This document shows positions 1-13,600 of a DNA stretch of 64,000 nucleotides, piece after piece. The stretch spans positions 124,001 through 188,000 of the forward strand of contig JAXLNO010000081.1 in assembly GCA_038087875.1 (NCBI GenBank), in the 5' to 3' direction. Both the position numbers and the translations under genes were made by a program. The number at the start of each line of letters is the position of its first letter. Position 1 is the stretch's first letter. Source of the stretch: Malacoraja senta. Its lineage: Eukaryota. The notes beneath the pieces were generated by a model, which did not search any database, had not been told where the DNA came from, and worked only from the letters and a program-made list of their open reading frames with translations.

Positions 1-3000
1 AGGAGGGCAATAGTAATAGGGGACTCGATGGTTAGGGGGTCGGATAGGCGATTCCGTGGACGCATTCAGGAGACCCGGATGGTAGTTTGCCTCCCTGGTG
101 CCAGGGTCAGGGATGTGTCTGAACGCATCCAAGATATCCTGAAATCGGAGGGAGAGGAGCCTGAGGTTGTGGTACATATAGGTACCAATGACATAGGCAG
201 AAAAAGAGAAGAGGTCCTGAAAGGAGAATTTAGGGAGTTGGGAGGAGAGTTAAGGAGAAGGACCGCAAAGGTAACAATCTCAGGATTACTACCTATGCCA
301 CGCGACAGTGAGAGTAGGAATGGAATGAGGTGGAGGATAAATGCGTGGCTGAGGAACTGGGGCAGCGGGCAGGGATTCGAATTTCTGGATCATTGGGACC
401 TCTTTTGGGGAAGGTGTGACCTGTACAGAAAGGACGGGTTGCACTTGAACCTGAGGGGGACCAATATCCTGGCGGTGAGATTTGCAAAGGCTACTGGGGA
501 GACTTTAAACTAGAACGGTTGGGGGGAGGGACTCAAATAGAGAAAGCTGGTAGAAAATGTGGGAGGCAGGAGGCAGAGAAGGGAAGCACTCAGACCCAAA
601 ATGTAGGGGAGAAAGAAGAAAAAGATAATAAACAGAGAATAAGTGGTGGTGGGTTTCTTAAATGTGTATATTTTAATGCTAGGAGCATTGTAAGAAAGGT
701 GGATGAGCTTAGAGCCTAGATTGACACCTGGAAATATGATGTTGTGGCGATCAGTGAAACATGGTTGCAGGAGGTTTGTGATTGGAAATTAAATATTCCA
801 GGATTTCGTTGCTTCAGGGGTGATATAATTGGAGGGGCAAGAGGTGGGGGTGTTGCATTGCTTGTCAAGGAAGATATTACAGCAGTGCTTTGGCAGGATA
901 GATTAGAGGGCTCGTCTAGGGAGGCTATTTGGGTGGAATTGAGAAATGGGAAAGGTGTAGCAACACATATAGGGGTGTATTATACACCGCCAAATGGGGA
1001 GCGAGAATTGGAAGAGCAAATATGTAAGGAGATAGCAGATATTAGTAGTAAGCACAAGGTAGTGGTTGTGGGATAATTTAATTTTCCACCCACAGACTGG
1101 GAAACACATTCTGTAAAAGGGCTGGATGGTTTGGAGTTTGTAAAATGTGTGCAGGATAGTTTTTGCAGCAATACATAGAGGTACCTACTAGAGAAGGGGC
1201 AGTGCTGGACCTCCTGTTAGGAAATGAGACAGGGCAGGTGGCGGAGGTATGCGTTGGGGAGCACTTCGTGTCCAGTGATCACAACACAATTAGTTTCAAT
1301 ATAATTATGGAGAGGGTCTGAACTGGACCTAGGGTTGAGATTTTGGATTGGAGAAAAGCTAACTTTGATGAGATGCGAAAGGATTTAAAAGGAGTGAATT
1401 GGGACATGTTGTTTTATGGGAAGGATGTAGAAGAGAAATGGAGGACATTTAAAGGTGAAATTTTAAGAGTACAGAATCTTTATGTCCCTGTTCGGTTGAA
1501 AGGAAAGAGCAAAAATTGGAAAGAGCCATGGTTTTCAAGGGAAATTGGACACGGTTCGGAAAAAGAGAGAGTTTTACAATAATTATAGGCAGCATGGAGT
1601 ACATGAGGTGCTTGAGGAGTATAAAGAATGTAAAAAGAATATTAAGAAAGAAATTAGAAATGCTAAAAGAAGATATGAGGTTGCTTTGGCAAGTAAGGTG
1701 AAAGTAAATCCAAAGGGTTTCTACAGCTATATTAATAGCAAAAGGATAACAAGGAATACAATTGGTCCATTAGAGAGTCAGAGTGGACAGCTATCTGCAG
1801 AGCCAAAAGAGATGGGGGAGATATTGAACAATTTCTTTTCTTCGGTATTCACCAAGGAGAAGGATATGGAATTATGTGAGGTAAGGGAAAGAAGCAGAGT
1901 AGCAATGGAAACTATGACATTCAAAGAAGAGGCGGTGTGGACACTTTTGAAAAATATGAAAACGGATAAGTCTCCAGGTCCTGACAGGATATTCCCGAGG
2001 ACATTGAGGGAAGTTAGTGTAGAAATAGCAGGGGCTATGACAGAAATATTTCAAATGTCATTAGAAATGGGAATAGTGCCGGAGGATTGGCGTACTGCGC
2101 ATGTTGTTCCGTTGTTTTAAAAGGGTTCTATGAGTAAACCTAGCAATTATAGACCTGTTAGTTTGATGTCAGTGGTGGGCAAATTAATGGGAAGGATACT
2201 TAGAGTTAATATATATAAGCATCTGGATAAGCAGGGTCTGATTAGGAACAGTCAACGTGGATTTGTGCCTGGAAGGTCATGTTTGACTAATCTTCTTGAA
2301 TTTTTCGAAGAAGTTACTAGGGAAATTGATGAGGTTAAAGCAGTGGATGTTGTCTATACAGACTTCAGTAAGGCCTTTGACAAGGTTCCTCATGGAAGGT
2401 TGGTTAAGAAGATTCAATTGTTGGGTATTAAAGGTGGAGTAGCAAGATGGATTCAACAGTGGCTGAATGGGAGATGCCAGAGAGTAATGGTGGATGGCTG
2501 TTTGTCAGGTTGGGGGCCAATGAGTAGTGGGGTGCCTCAGGGGTCTGTGTTGGGTCCACTGTTGTTTGTCATGTACATCAATGATCTGGATGATGGTGTG
2601 GAAAATTGGATTAGTAAGTATGCAGATGATACTAAGATAGGTGTTGTTGTGGATAATGAAGTAGATTTTCAAAGTCTACAGAGAGATGTAGGCCATTTGG
2701 AAGAGTGGGCTGAAAGATGGCAGATGGAGTTTAATGCTGATAAATGCGAGGTGCTACATCTCGGCAGGACAAATCAAAATAGGACGTACATGGTAAATGG
2801 TAGCGAATTGAGGAATGCAGTTGAACAGAGGGATCTGGGAATAACTGTGCATAATTCCCTGAAGGTGTAATCTCATGTAGATAGGGTGGTAAAGAAAGCT
2901 TTTGGTTTGCTGGCCCTTATAAATCAGAGCATTGAATATAGAATTTGGGATGTAATGTTAAAATTGTACAAGGCATTGGTGAGGCCAATTCTGGAGTATG

Positions 3001-3556
3001 GAGTACAATTTTGGTCGCCTAATTATAGGAAGGATGTCAACAAAATAGAGAGAGTACAGAGGAGATTTACTAGAATGTTTCCTGGGTTTCAGCAACTAAG
3101 TTACAGAGAAAGGTTGAACAAGCAAGGTCTTTATTCTTTGGAGCGCAGAAGGTTAAGAGGGGACTTGATAGAGGTCTTTAAAATGCTGAGCGGGTTAGAC
3201 AGAGTTGACGTGGATAAGCTTTTCCCATTGAGAGTAGGGAAGATTCAAACAAGGGGACATGACGAGAATTAAGGGACAGAAGTTTAGGGGTAACATTAGT
3301 GGGAACTTCTTTACTCAGAGAGTGGTAGCTGTGTGGAATGAGCTTCCAGTGGAAGTGGTGGAGGCAGGTTCGATTTTATCCGTTAAAAATAGATTGGATG
3401 GGTATATGGACGGGAAAGGAATGGAGGGTTATGGTCTGAGTGCAGGTAGATGGGACTAGGGGGAAGTATAAAAAATATTTTAAAAAGTGTTTGGCACGGA
3501 CTTGAAGTGCTGAGATGGCCTGTTTCCGTGCTGTAATGGTTATATGGTTATATTAT
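1..3556 (+). mobile_element. Near full-length, decayed CR1 (HER1-like) LINE: ORF1 esterase plus ORF2 APE-RT
   Basis: ORF1 SGNH-esterase motifs GDSMVRG, HIGTNDI, DGLHL. ORF2 motifs FNARSI, SETW, DFSKAFDKV, GVPQGSVLG, KYADDT, broken by stops and frameshifts. 3' short-repeat tail (tggttata). Confidence 0.95.
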
Positions 3557-3720
3557 ACTGCATCTGCCATGCATTTGCTCACTCACCCAACCTATCCAAG
3601 TCACCTTGCAGCCTCCTAGCATCCTCCTCACATCCAACACTGCCCCCCAGCTTCGTGTCGTCCGCAAACTTGGAGATGTTGCATTCAATTCACTCATCCA
3701 GATCATTAATATATATTGTA
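3557..3720 (-). mobile_element. CR1 RT fragment
   Basis: Minus strand reads YINDLDE..ISKFADDTKLGG..WQMQ. Confidence 0.85.
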
Positions 3721-3959
3721 TATCGTGCCCAAATCTTCACAACCTAAAAATACACCCCAAAGTCAGGGAAGGCATGATGCAACCTTGCAGCAATTTGGTT
3801 AGGGTGTATGGTATTCAGTTATGTTCAACCTAATCTAAGAAGAATATGGTGGTTTTCGAAAGAGTGCAGAAGAGGTTGACCAGAATTATTTCCAGAGTGG
3901 TGGGTACGAGCTACAGATTAGTAAACTTAACTAAACCATTCTAAAGTGAAATTCAGTAA

Positions 3960-4365
3960 AATAAATTAATATCAACACAAGTGCACTAATCACAACTCAA
4001 CATAAAAAAATTCACATTAACTGCAATAAACAGAAATAAACTCACCTGCACTTAACTCAACTCAGCTGCACCAAACGCAACGCAGCTGCACTAAACTCAT
4101 CTCCTCAACTGCACGAACATCAACAAAACTACACTTAACCCAATTCAACTCAACTGCACTAAACCAACTGCACTAATCTCAACTCAACAACATGAACTCA
4201 ACTCAACTTACTCAAATCAACTCCACTGAACTCAACTCAACTGTTCTAACCTCAACCCAATTGCATTAAACTAAACTGCGCTAAACTCAACTCAACTGCA
4301 TGAACGTAATTACATTAAAATCAACTCAACTCAACTGCACTAAATTCAACTCATCACAACAACAT
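3960..4365. repeat. Degenerate (AACTC / AACTGCACTA)n satellite, short copy
   Basis: Visible 5/10-nt periodic A/C-rich repeats. Confidence 0.9.
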
Positions 4366-4598
4366 CAGCCTTGTTGATCTCTGGGATTCCTGCTTCATTC
4401 ATTACCTTTTCCCTCCTTGTAAAGCCAACCGTGAGGGAATTCTGCTCCTCTAACTGACGGGTCGCCACTGGCAGGTCGTTGACATGGAACATTAACCCTG
4501 GTCCTCTTGCCTTCGGCGGTATTCGAACATTGACTGTTACCTGTCCATCAGTGTTTTGTGGATTAAGTAAACAATATATTAAACTATAATATATTTAC

Positions 4599-4634
4599 CG
4601 TAGCCTCCGTTCTTATCGTATCCACTTGACCCTC
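4599..4634 (-). CDS. Exon 7 (36 nt), identical in sequence to exon 6
   Basis: gtctgtttctcccacag acceptor, gtaaat donor, same 36 nt as 9293-9328. Confidence 0.75.
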
Positions 4635-7600
4635 CTGTGGGAGAAACAGACTGGCGTGAGTAATATTTGATGACGAATTCAGAAAAAAACATGAACTCAG
4701 TCGTATACAGTTTATTTTGAAAGCAGTCTGGACTATGAGAGTGTGAAGTCTACAGTATTAAGGGCTTATGAATTAGTTCCAGAGGAGTACCGGCAGAAAT
4801 TCCGGCGCTTTAGGAACTTTGATAGTCAGACTTATGTGGAGTTTGCTAGGGAGAAGGAGGCACTTTTTGACAGGTGGTGTGCTTCTCAAGGAGTGAAGGA
4901 TGATGGGCAACTGCGGGCCTTGATGATTATGGAAGACTTTAAGAACTGTCTCCCTGAGAGGGTTACTACTTACCTTAATGAGCAGAAGGTGAATGAGGTG
5001 TCTAAGGCCGCGGTGTTGGCAGATGAGTAGGTATTGCCTCATAAAACTGATTTTGTTGGGCGCTCCTATAGTTTTGGTGCACGGCCGGTTGGTCGTGGTG
5101 GTGTCGCCGGTGGCAGTGTCAAAGGTGTTTCTGTGCCTGCAAGTGGCAGCACGTTGATACAGGGGGTCCGAGCTGATAAGGTTGACGAAAATTTGAGGAC
5201 TAACGAAGGTCCTGTGTGCTACTATTGTAGAGGGAGAGGGAACATGTTAAAGGCGTGTCCCGTTCTGAAGCAGAAAAAATGCAAAGCCTGTGGATTTGGT
5301 GGGTACACAGAAGGCACCTGTGGTACCTGGGGTGCCTGAGTCTGATGAGTGTAGGAATTATTCTGCGTTCATCATGAATGGTTTTGTTTCTCTGGAGGAT
5401 GGGGGTGATAAAGTTCCAGTATCCATCTTGCGTGATACTGGTGCTACTCAGTCCTTTATATTGGATAATGTACTGCCGTTTTCTGGGGAATCATCGGTTG
5501 GGTCAAGTGTCCCTGTGGTAGGATTCGGGATGGATGGCATGGAAGTGCCTTTGCATACCGTGAGTCTCGAGTCCGAGTTGGTTTCAGGCCGGGTAACTGT
5601 TGGGTTACGGCCGTGTTTTCCCGTTGGGGGAGTTTCTGTAATTTTGGGGAATGACCTGGCAGGAGGTAGAGTTTTAGTTACTCCTGAGATGACGGCTGTT
5701 CCGATGGTGCAGAGTCCTGATATATTGGCTATGCAGCATCCGAGGGTCTTCGCAGCTTGTGCTGTCACGAGGGCTATGGCTAAGAGCCAGGCGAAGTTTG
5801 AGGATGTAGTGGACCTGAGTGAGAGCATTTTTGGGGATCAGGATGAGGGATCCTGTGTTGTGAAGGGTGTTTCTTCATCTCAAGATGGGATAGTGTCTGA
5901 AAATGGGCCGGTGTCGCTGTCACGTGACCGGCGGGTTGAGGAGCAAAAGAGTGATCCAGGTTTATCTGATCTGTTCGACTGCGGGGGATATGGATTCCAC
6001 AGCAAAGGGGTATTTTCTAAGGGAGGGCTTATTGATGCGAAAGTGGTCTCCCTTGGATATATCTGGGCATGATGATTGGAGCGTGGTTGATCTGATTGTG
6101 ATACCTCGTTGGTATAGGGACGAGATACTCGGTTTGGCTCATGATGGTCCTCTGGGTGGACATTTGGGGGTCAATAAGACGTATGACCGTATCTTACGGA
6201 ATTTTTGGGGGCCAGGGTTGAAAAAGAACGTGAAACAGCAGTGCAGGTGTTGTCACATTTGCCGAACCAATCGATTGTTCCTGCGCCTTTATATCCAATC
6301 CCTGTGGTCGGTGAGCCGTTTGAGCAGATTTTAGTTGATTGTGTGGGTCCTCTACCTCGTACAAGGGTGGGCAACAAGTTTTTATTGACAATAATGTGTG
6401 CGTCTACCCGATTGCCGGAGGTGGTCCCTTTGCGTAGAATTACTGCCCCAACCATTGTGAAGTCTCTCACTAAGTTTTTTTCGTTGTTCGGTTTGCCCAA
6501 GGTGGTGCAGAGTGACCAAGGTTCCAACTTCATGTCGAAGGTTTTTGGTCAGGTAATGAAGTTGCTAGACATTAAGCATTGTTACGCCAGTGCGTATCAC
6601 CCTGAGAGCCAGGGAGCTCTCGAGAGGTTTCACCAGACTTTGAAGTCTATGTTGAGGACTTACTGCCTGGAGTTTGAAAAAGACTGGGATGAGGGGGTTC
6701 ATCTAGTTATGTTTGCGGTGCGTGAGGTCGTGCAGGGGTCTTTAAGATTCAGTCCCGCTGACCTGGTGTTCGCGCATACTGTACGTGGTCCGTTGAGGGT
6801 CCTAAAGGAGAAATGGTTGCAGGAGGAAACAAAACGTAGTATTTTAGACCACGTCTGTACCTTTCGGTCTACACTGAAGAGGGCATGCGAACTGGCAATG
6901 GGTAATCTGGCTTCTGCTCGGTCTTGGATGAAGGGGTGGTTCGACAGGAAGGCTTCTAGTAGGAATCTTTCTCCAGGTGACAAGGTCCTGGTGTTGTTGC
7001 CTATTCCTGGTTCCAGTCTGCAGGCTCGGTATAGCGGTCCCTATCAGGTGCTTAAGAAGGTTGGTGAAAGGGATTATGTTATTGGTACCCCTGATCGAAG
7101 GCGAAAGACTCAGCTCTGTCATGTCAACATGATGAAGCAGTACCATGAGCAGGAGCCTGTGGAGGTTGATGGGGAGGTGCTGTGTCCTTCGGTTTCGTCT
7201 AAGCCTGTTTTGGCTGCAGCAGTGCTGCGCCCTGACACAGGTGGTGATGTGGGTGAGGCACGGTTGTCTGTGGCAGTGACGCAGGTAAGGCTGTGTAACA
7301 CTGAGGCATTGGAGCGCTTCTCTTGCGGTTGTCTCATTTGACGGAAAGTCAGCGGGGTGATCTGCTTGCTTTGGTGGAGTCAAATGGATCACTGTTCTCG
7401 GATGTGCCTTCTCAGACGTCTGTGCTGCAGCATGACATTGACGTGGCCGGTGCGGCCACGTCAATTAACGTCAATTAAACAGCATCCGTATCGGGTCAAC
7501 CCTGACAGGCGTCATCGTCTAGGGAGTCAGGTTGAATATAGGCTGTGGCATTGCATTGCTGAACCTAGTTGTAGTCCGTGGAGTTCTCCGTGTCTACTGG

Positions 7601-10600
7601 CTACGAAGGCTAATGGGGAGGACAGGTTTTGCACGGACTTTCGTAAAGTGAATGGTGTAACTAAGCCGGATTGCTATCCTCTCCCACGAATGGAGGATTG
7701 CGTGGATGGTGTGGGAAGTGCATCTTTTGTGTCTAAATTGTGTCTAAAAGGGTATTGGCAAGTTCCCTTGAGGAGGCGGGCGAGGGAGATCTCTGCGTTC
7801 GTTACGCCTGATAACTTTCTGCAGTACACAGTAATGGCATTTGGGATGCGCAATGCGCCGGCAACCTTCCAACGGTTGGTGAACATTGTATTGTCTGGTT
7901 TGTCCTTCTGTGAGGCATACCTTTCATGATTTGGTTGTGTGCTCCAGGTCGTGGATCGAACACATCGGTCATCTGAAGGAGGTATTTCATCGTCTAGCGG
8001 AGGCAAAGCTAACTATCAATCAGGGGAAGTGTCAGTTTGGCCAGGCCACGGTAACGTATCTGGGTGGATGCTAGTGATCGTGGGGTTGGGGGAGTTCTTC
8101 TACAGGATGATTCAGATGGGGTGGAGCATCCAGTTTCGTACTTCGCTAAGAAGTTTAATCGACATCAGAAGTGGTACTCCACCATTGAGAAAGAAGCCCT
8201 AGCTATTTTAATGTTGCTGAATCATTTCGAGGTTTATGTTGGCTCCTCGAATGTCCCTGTCATCGTACTCACGGATCATAATCCGTTGGTATTTTTTCAT
8301 AATATGAAGAATAAGAACCGGCGGTTAATGAGCTGGAGTTTGCAGCTGCAAGACTACAACCTCGAGGTCAGGCATATCCGTGGCAAGGAAAATGTGTTGG
8401 CTGACGCCTTGTCGCGCCAGTAGAGTTTTAGCTCCTGGATAGTTTCTGGGAATTGGTGGTGTTTTTTTCTCTCTTCTTCCGAAACTTATTCAGTATCTTT
8501 GGGTGGGGGTGTTAGGCGCTTCCCCCCTCCTGGTGAATGCTATGTACTTAACTTTCTCTGTTTCTTTCCCCAGTGCAGGCCTTGTGGATGTGAGTCTGGA
8601 ATCAAAGGGTTAAAAGGCTCCTGTACCCGATTGGCCAAGCTGCGTCAGGTGACGGGTGACTCATCTGAAGCATAAATACCAGAACCTCCCAGAATTCCCT
8701 CTCTTCTTCGCTGACCCTGACTTGTGAGCTGACTGCTGGAGTGAGCTGCGGAAGGCCTGGCCACATGGCATAGAACTTTGTGTATTTTCAACACTACTTA
8801 TTAATAAACATTGAATTGGGACGGATAAGGGCTGACCTTGGCGTTTTCGTGTATTTTGTTTCAGGGTTATATATCTTTAGGCAGGCTAGAGACTCCGGTT
8901 CGACGGTCCATCACGTGGCTGGCTGGAGCACCATTAAATTGTTTGTTAGTCCATCCATATCCCTGGCTGGGTTGTTTGAATCAGGTTTAGGTTTTTGTGT
9001 ACCATCGAATAACTAAAACTATTTTTGAACTTAAACCTGGTTTTTGAACTATGTTACCCGGCTCTGAAGTACCTGCATTCGGGAGTCGTAACACACTACC
9101 CTTTCCCTCCTTGTAAAGCCAACCGTGAGGGAATTATGCTCCTCTAACTGACGGGTCGCCATTGGCAGGTCGTTGACATGGAACATTAACCCTGGTCCTC
9201 TAGCCTTCGGCGGTATTCGAACATTGACTGTCACCTGTCCATCGGTGTTTTGTGGATTAAGTAAAGAATATATTAAACTATAATATATTTACCGTAGCCT
9301 CCGTTCTTATCGTATCCACTTGACCCTCCTGCGGGAGAAACAGACTGGCGTGAGTAATATTTGATGACGAATTCAGAAAAAAACTAACTCAGTCGTATAC
9401 AGTTTATTTTGTAGCTATGTAAACTTGGAGTCTACCAGTACCTGTGAAGAAAAAAGTATGCGATGACAAGTTATCGGATCGGGCCCAAACCTTCACAACC
9501 TAAAAATACACCCGAAGCCAGGGAAGGCAGGATGCAAACTTACAGCAATTAGGTTAGGGTGTATTATGTTCAGTAATGTTCATCCTATTCTAAGAAGGAT
9601 ATGGTGGTTTTGGAAAGAGTCCAAAAGAGGTTGACCAGAATTATTCCCAGAGTGGTGGGTAGGAGCCACAGGTTAGTAAACGTAATAAACCGTTCTAAAC
9701 TGGAATTCAGTAAACGAAATGAATATCTACTCAACTGCACTAATCTCAACTCAATTCACCTCAACTCAACTGCGGTAAACACATATCAACTCATCTGCAC
9801 TTAACTCAATGCACCAAACGTAACTGCACTAAACCCAATTACTCAACTGCACGAACATCAACAAAACTACACTAAACCCAACTCAACTGCATTAAACGAA
9901 CTGCACTAAACTCAACTCAGAGAAACTGCACTAACATCAACACAACTGCACTCAACTCCACTCAACTGCATCGAACTTGACTCGTGCACCATACCAAAAT
10001 CAACTGCATTAAACCTAACTCAACTGCACTTAAATCATTGCAACTCAACTGCAGTACACTCAACTCAACTACAATATTCAAGTCAACCAAATCGTACCTC
10101 ATCTGCACTGCACTCATTTGAACTGCACCCATCTGCACTGCAGTAAATTCAACTCAAATGCAGTAAACTCAACCCAACTGCACTAAACTCCACTCTACTC
10201 AATCGCAATAAACTAAACGACACACAAACGAACTAAATTGCATTAAACTTTAATCAACTGCACTAAAGTCAATTGCACTGTACTCAATTGCACTCTACTC
10301 AACTGAACGCAACACGAGAGCAATAAGTTCAACTCAACTGAACTAAACTCAACTTCTCAACTGCAATAACATCACCATAACTGCACTCATCTCAACTACA
10401 CTACACTAAATACAACTCAACAGCACTAAATTTAACTGCACCCAAATTCACCGCACTGAACATAAAACAACTTAACTGCACTAATCTCACCTCAACTGCA
10501 CTAACCTCACCGACACACAACTCAATTCACCTGCACTCAACTCACCTGCACAAAACTCAACTGCACAAAAATGAACTCAACTGCACTATACTGAAAACTG

Positions 10601-13600
10601 CTCTAAACTCAACTGCTCTAAATTCAACTCACCTGCACTAAACTCAGCGCAACTCACCTGCACTAAACTCAACTCAACTCACCTGCACTAAACTCAACAG
10701 AACTGCACTCAACTAAACTCAATTGCATTAAACTCTACTCAACTGCACTGAACTCAATACAACTGTACTAACCCCAACACAACTGCACTCAAATCAACTG
10801 CACTGAACTCAACTTAACTCACCTTCACTAAACTCAACTCAAGACAACTGCACTAAACACAACTCAACTGCACTAAATTCAATTCAACTCAACTGCACTG
10901 AACACTGTACTAAACTTAATTAATTTCAACTACACTAAACTCAACTATACTGAACTCAACCGAACTGCACCAAACTCAACCGAACTGCACTTAACTCAAC
11001 CGAACTGCACTTAACTCAACCGAACTGCACTTAGCTCAACCGAACTGCACTCAACTCAACTGCACACAATTGAACTCAACACAACTGCAATAAATTCAAC
11101 TCAAGTGAACGAAACTCTAGTTCTCTATTTCATTAACCTCAACATAACTGCACTCAAATCAACTCAACTGCACTAAACCCAACTGCACTAAACCCAACTG
11201 CACTCAATCAATTCAACTGCACGCAACTCACATGCGCTCAAATCACCTGCAGTAAGTCAACAGTCGTAATTCAGGTACATTATCTCCACTCCACCATCTC
11301 ACGAAAGTCAACACAACAGCACTCAACTCATCTCAATTGCCCACAACTCAACTGCACTAATCTCAACTGCACTAAACTCAATTCAACTCAACTGCAGTAA
11401 ATCCAAATCAAATAAACTCAACTCAACTGCACTAAACTTTACTCATTTAACTGCACTAAACTCAACAGCACTGAACTCAATTGCATTTTCAACGCACCTG
11501 CACTCAACTCAACTGCACTAACCTGAACGTAAATCACCTTCACAGGACTCAACTCAAGACAACTGCACTGAACTCAACTCAACTGCACTGAACTCAATTC
11601 AACTGCACTAAACTCAATAAACTCAATTCAACTCAACTGCACTACACCCAACTCAAATGTAATCAAACCAACTTCCCTAAACTTAACTAATTTCAACTAC
11701 ACTAAACTCAACTCAACTGCACTCAACTTAACTGCACTCAACTCTACTGCTCTAAACTACTCAACTGCACTAAATTCAACTCAATTGCACAAAACTCAAC
11801 TGCACTAAACTTAACTCAACTAAAGACTGCTGCACTAAACTTAACTGCACTAAATCCAACTAAAAATACACTTAACTCAACTGCACTAAACTTAACTAAT
11901 ATCAACCGCACTAAACTCAACTGCACGGCACTGAACTGCACTCACCTCAACTGCTCTCACCTCACCCCAACTGCTCTCACCTCACCCCTGAACTGCACTC
12001 AACCCTATTGCACTCAACTCAACTGTACTCATCTCAACTGCAGGAATTCAACAGCAGTAACTCAAGACCAGTAAGTCAACAGCAGTACCTCAAGACCATC
12101 AACACAACGGCACTCAACTTCTCTCAATCGCCCACAACTCAACTGCACTAAACACAACTTAACTCACCTTCACTAAACAAAAGTCAAATGCACTCAACTC
12201 AACTGCACTCAACTCAACTGCTCTAACCTCAACCCAATTGCACGCAACTCAACACAACTGCACTAAACTACACTAAACTCAATATAACTGCACTAAACTG
12301 AACTCAGCGGCGCTAGATTCAACTGAACTGCACTCAATTAAACTAAATTCAACACAACTGAACTCAACGGAACTCAATTGCATTAAACTCTCTTCAACTG
12401 CAATAAACTCAGAACTCAACTGCATTTGACTCAACTGCACTTGACTCAACTGCACTGGACTCAACTGGGCTCTGCTCAACTACATTGCACTAAACTGAAC
12501 TTAACACAACTGCAATAAACTTATAGTGTGTACGAAAGGACTGCAGATGCTGGTTTAAATCGAAGGTAGCCACAAAATGCTGGAGTAACTCAGCGGATCA
12601 GGCAGCATCTCTGGCGAGAAGAAATGGGTGATGTTTCGGGTCGAGACTCTTCTTCAGACTGATGTCAAGGGAAGGGGCGGGTCAAAGATAGAATATAGTC
12701 GGAGACAGAAAGACTAGTGGAAGAACTGGGGATGGGATGCAGAGAGAAAGCAAGGGCTTTCTGAAGTTAGAGAAGTCAATGTTCAAAGCGCTGGGGTGGA
12801 AACTACTCAAGCTAAATCTGAGGTGCTGTTCCTCCAATTTGCGCTGGGACTCACTCTGACAATGGAGGAGGCCCAGGATAGAAAGGTCAGATTTGGAATG
12901 GGAGGGTGAGTTGAAGTACTGAGCCAGCGGAAGACCAGGTAGATTAAGATGGACTGAGCGGAGGTGTTCAGCGAAATGATCGCCGAGCTTGCGCTTGGTC
13001 TCACCGATGTAGAAAGGTTGACACCTGGAAGAGTGGATACTGTAGACGAGATTCTATGAGGTGCAAGTAAACCGCTGCCTCACCTGGAATGACTGTTTAG
13101 GTCCATAAAATGAGTCGAGGGGGAGGAGGTAAAGGGACAGGTGTTGCATCTCCTGCGGTTGCAGGAGAAAGTACCTGGGAATGGGCTGGTTCGGGTGGGA
13201 TGGGACGAGTTGACCAGGGAGTTTCGGAAGTAACGTTCTCTCTAGAATGCAGAAAGGGGTGGAGATGGGAAGATATGGCCATTAGTGGGATCCCGTTGGA
13301 GGTTGTGAACATTTTGGAGGATTCTATGCTCTGTGCGATGGCTGATTGGGTGGAAGGTGAGGACAAGGGAGGCTCTGTCCTTGTTAGAATGGGGGAAGGG
13401 GAGCAAGAGCGGAGCTGCGGGATATCGAGGAGATCCCAGTGAGAGCCTCATCTGTAATGGAAGAGGGTAACCCCCGTTTCCTAAAGAATGAGGATATCCC
13501 CGATGCCCTTGAATGGAACACCTCATCCTGGGCACAGATGAAGCGTAATCGGAGGAATTGGCAGTGGGGGAATAGAGTATTTACACGAAGCAGGGTGGCA

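Noticed and set aside
4406..4541. Possible extra exon after the 36-nt exon (gacag|GTAACAGTC...GGAAAAG|gtaatg; copies at about 9100-9235 and 14840-14935)
   Set aside because: The intron would be under 60 nt, there is no polypyrimidine tract, the composition is unlike the protein, and the sites are not conserved among copies. Not fully excluded as a terminal exon.
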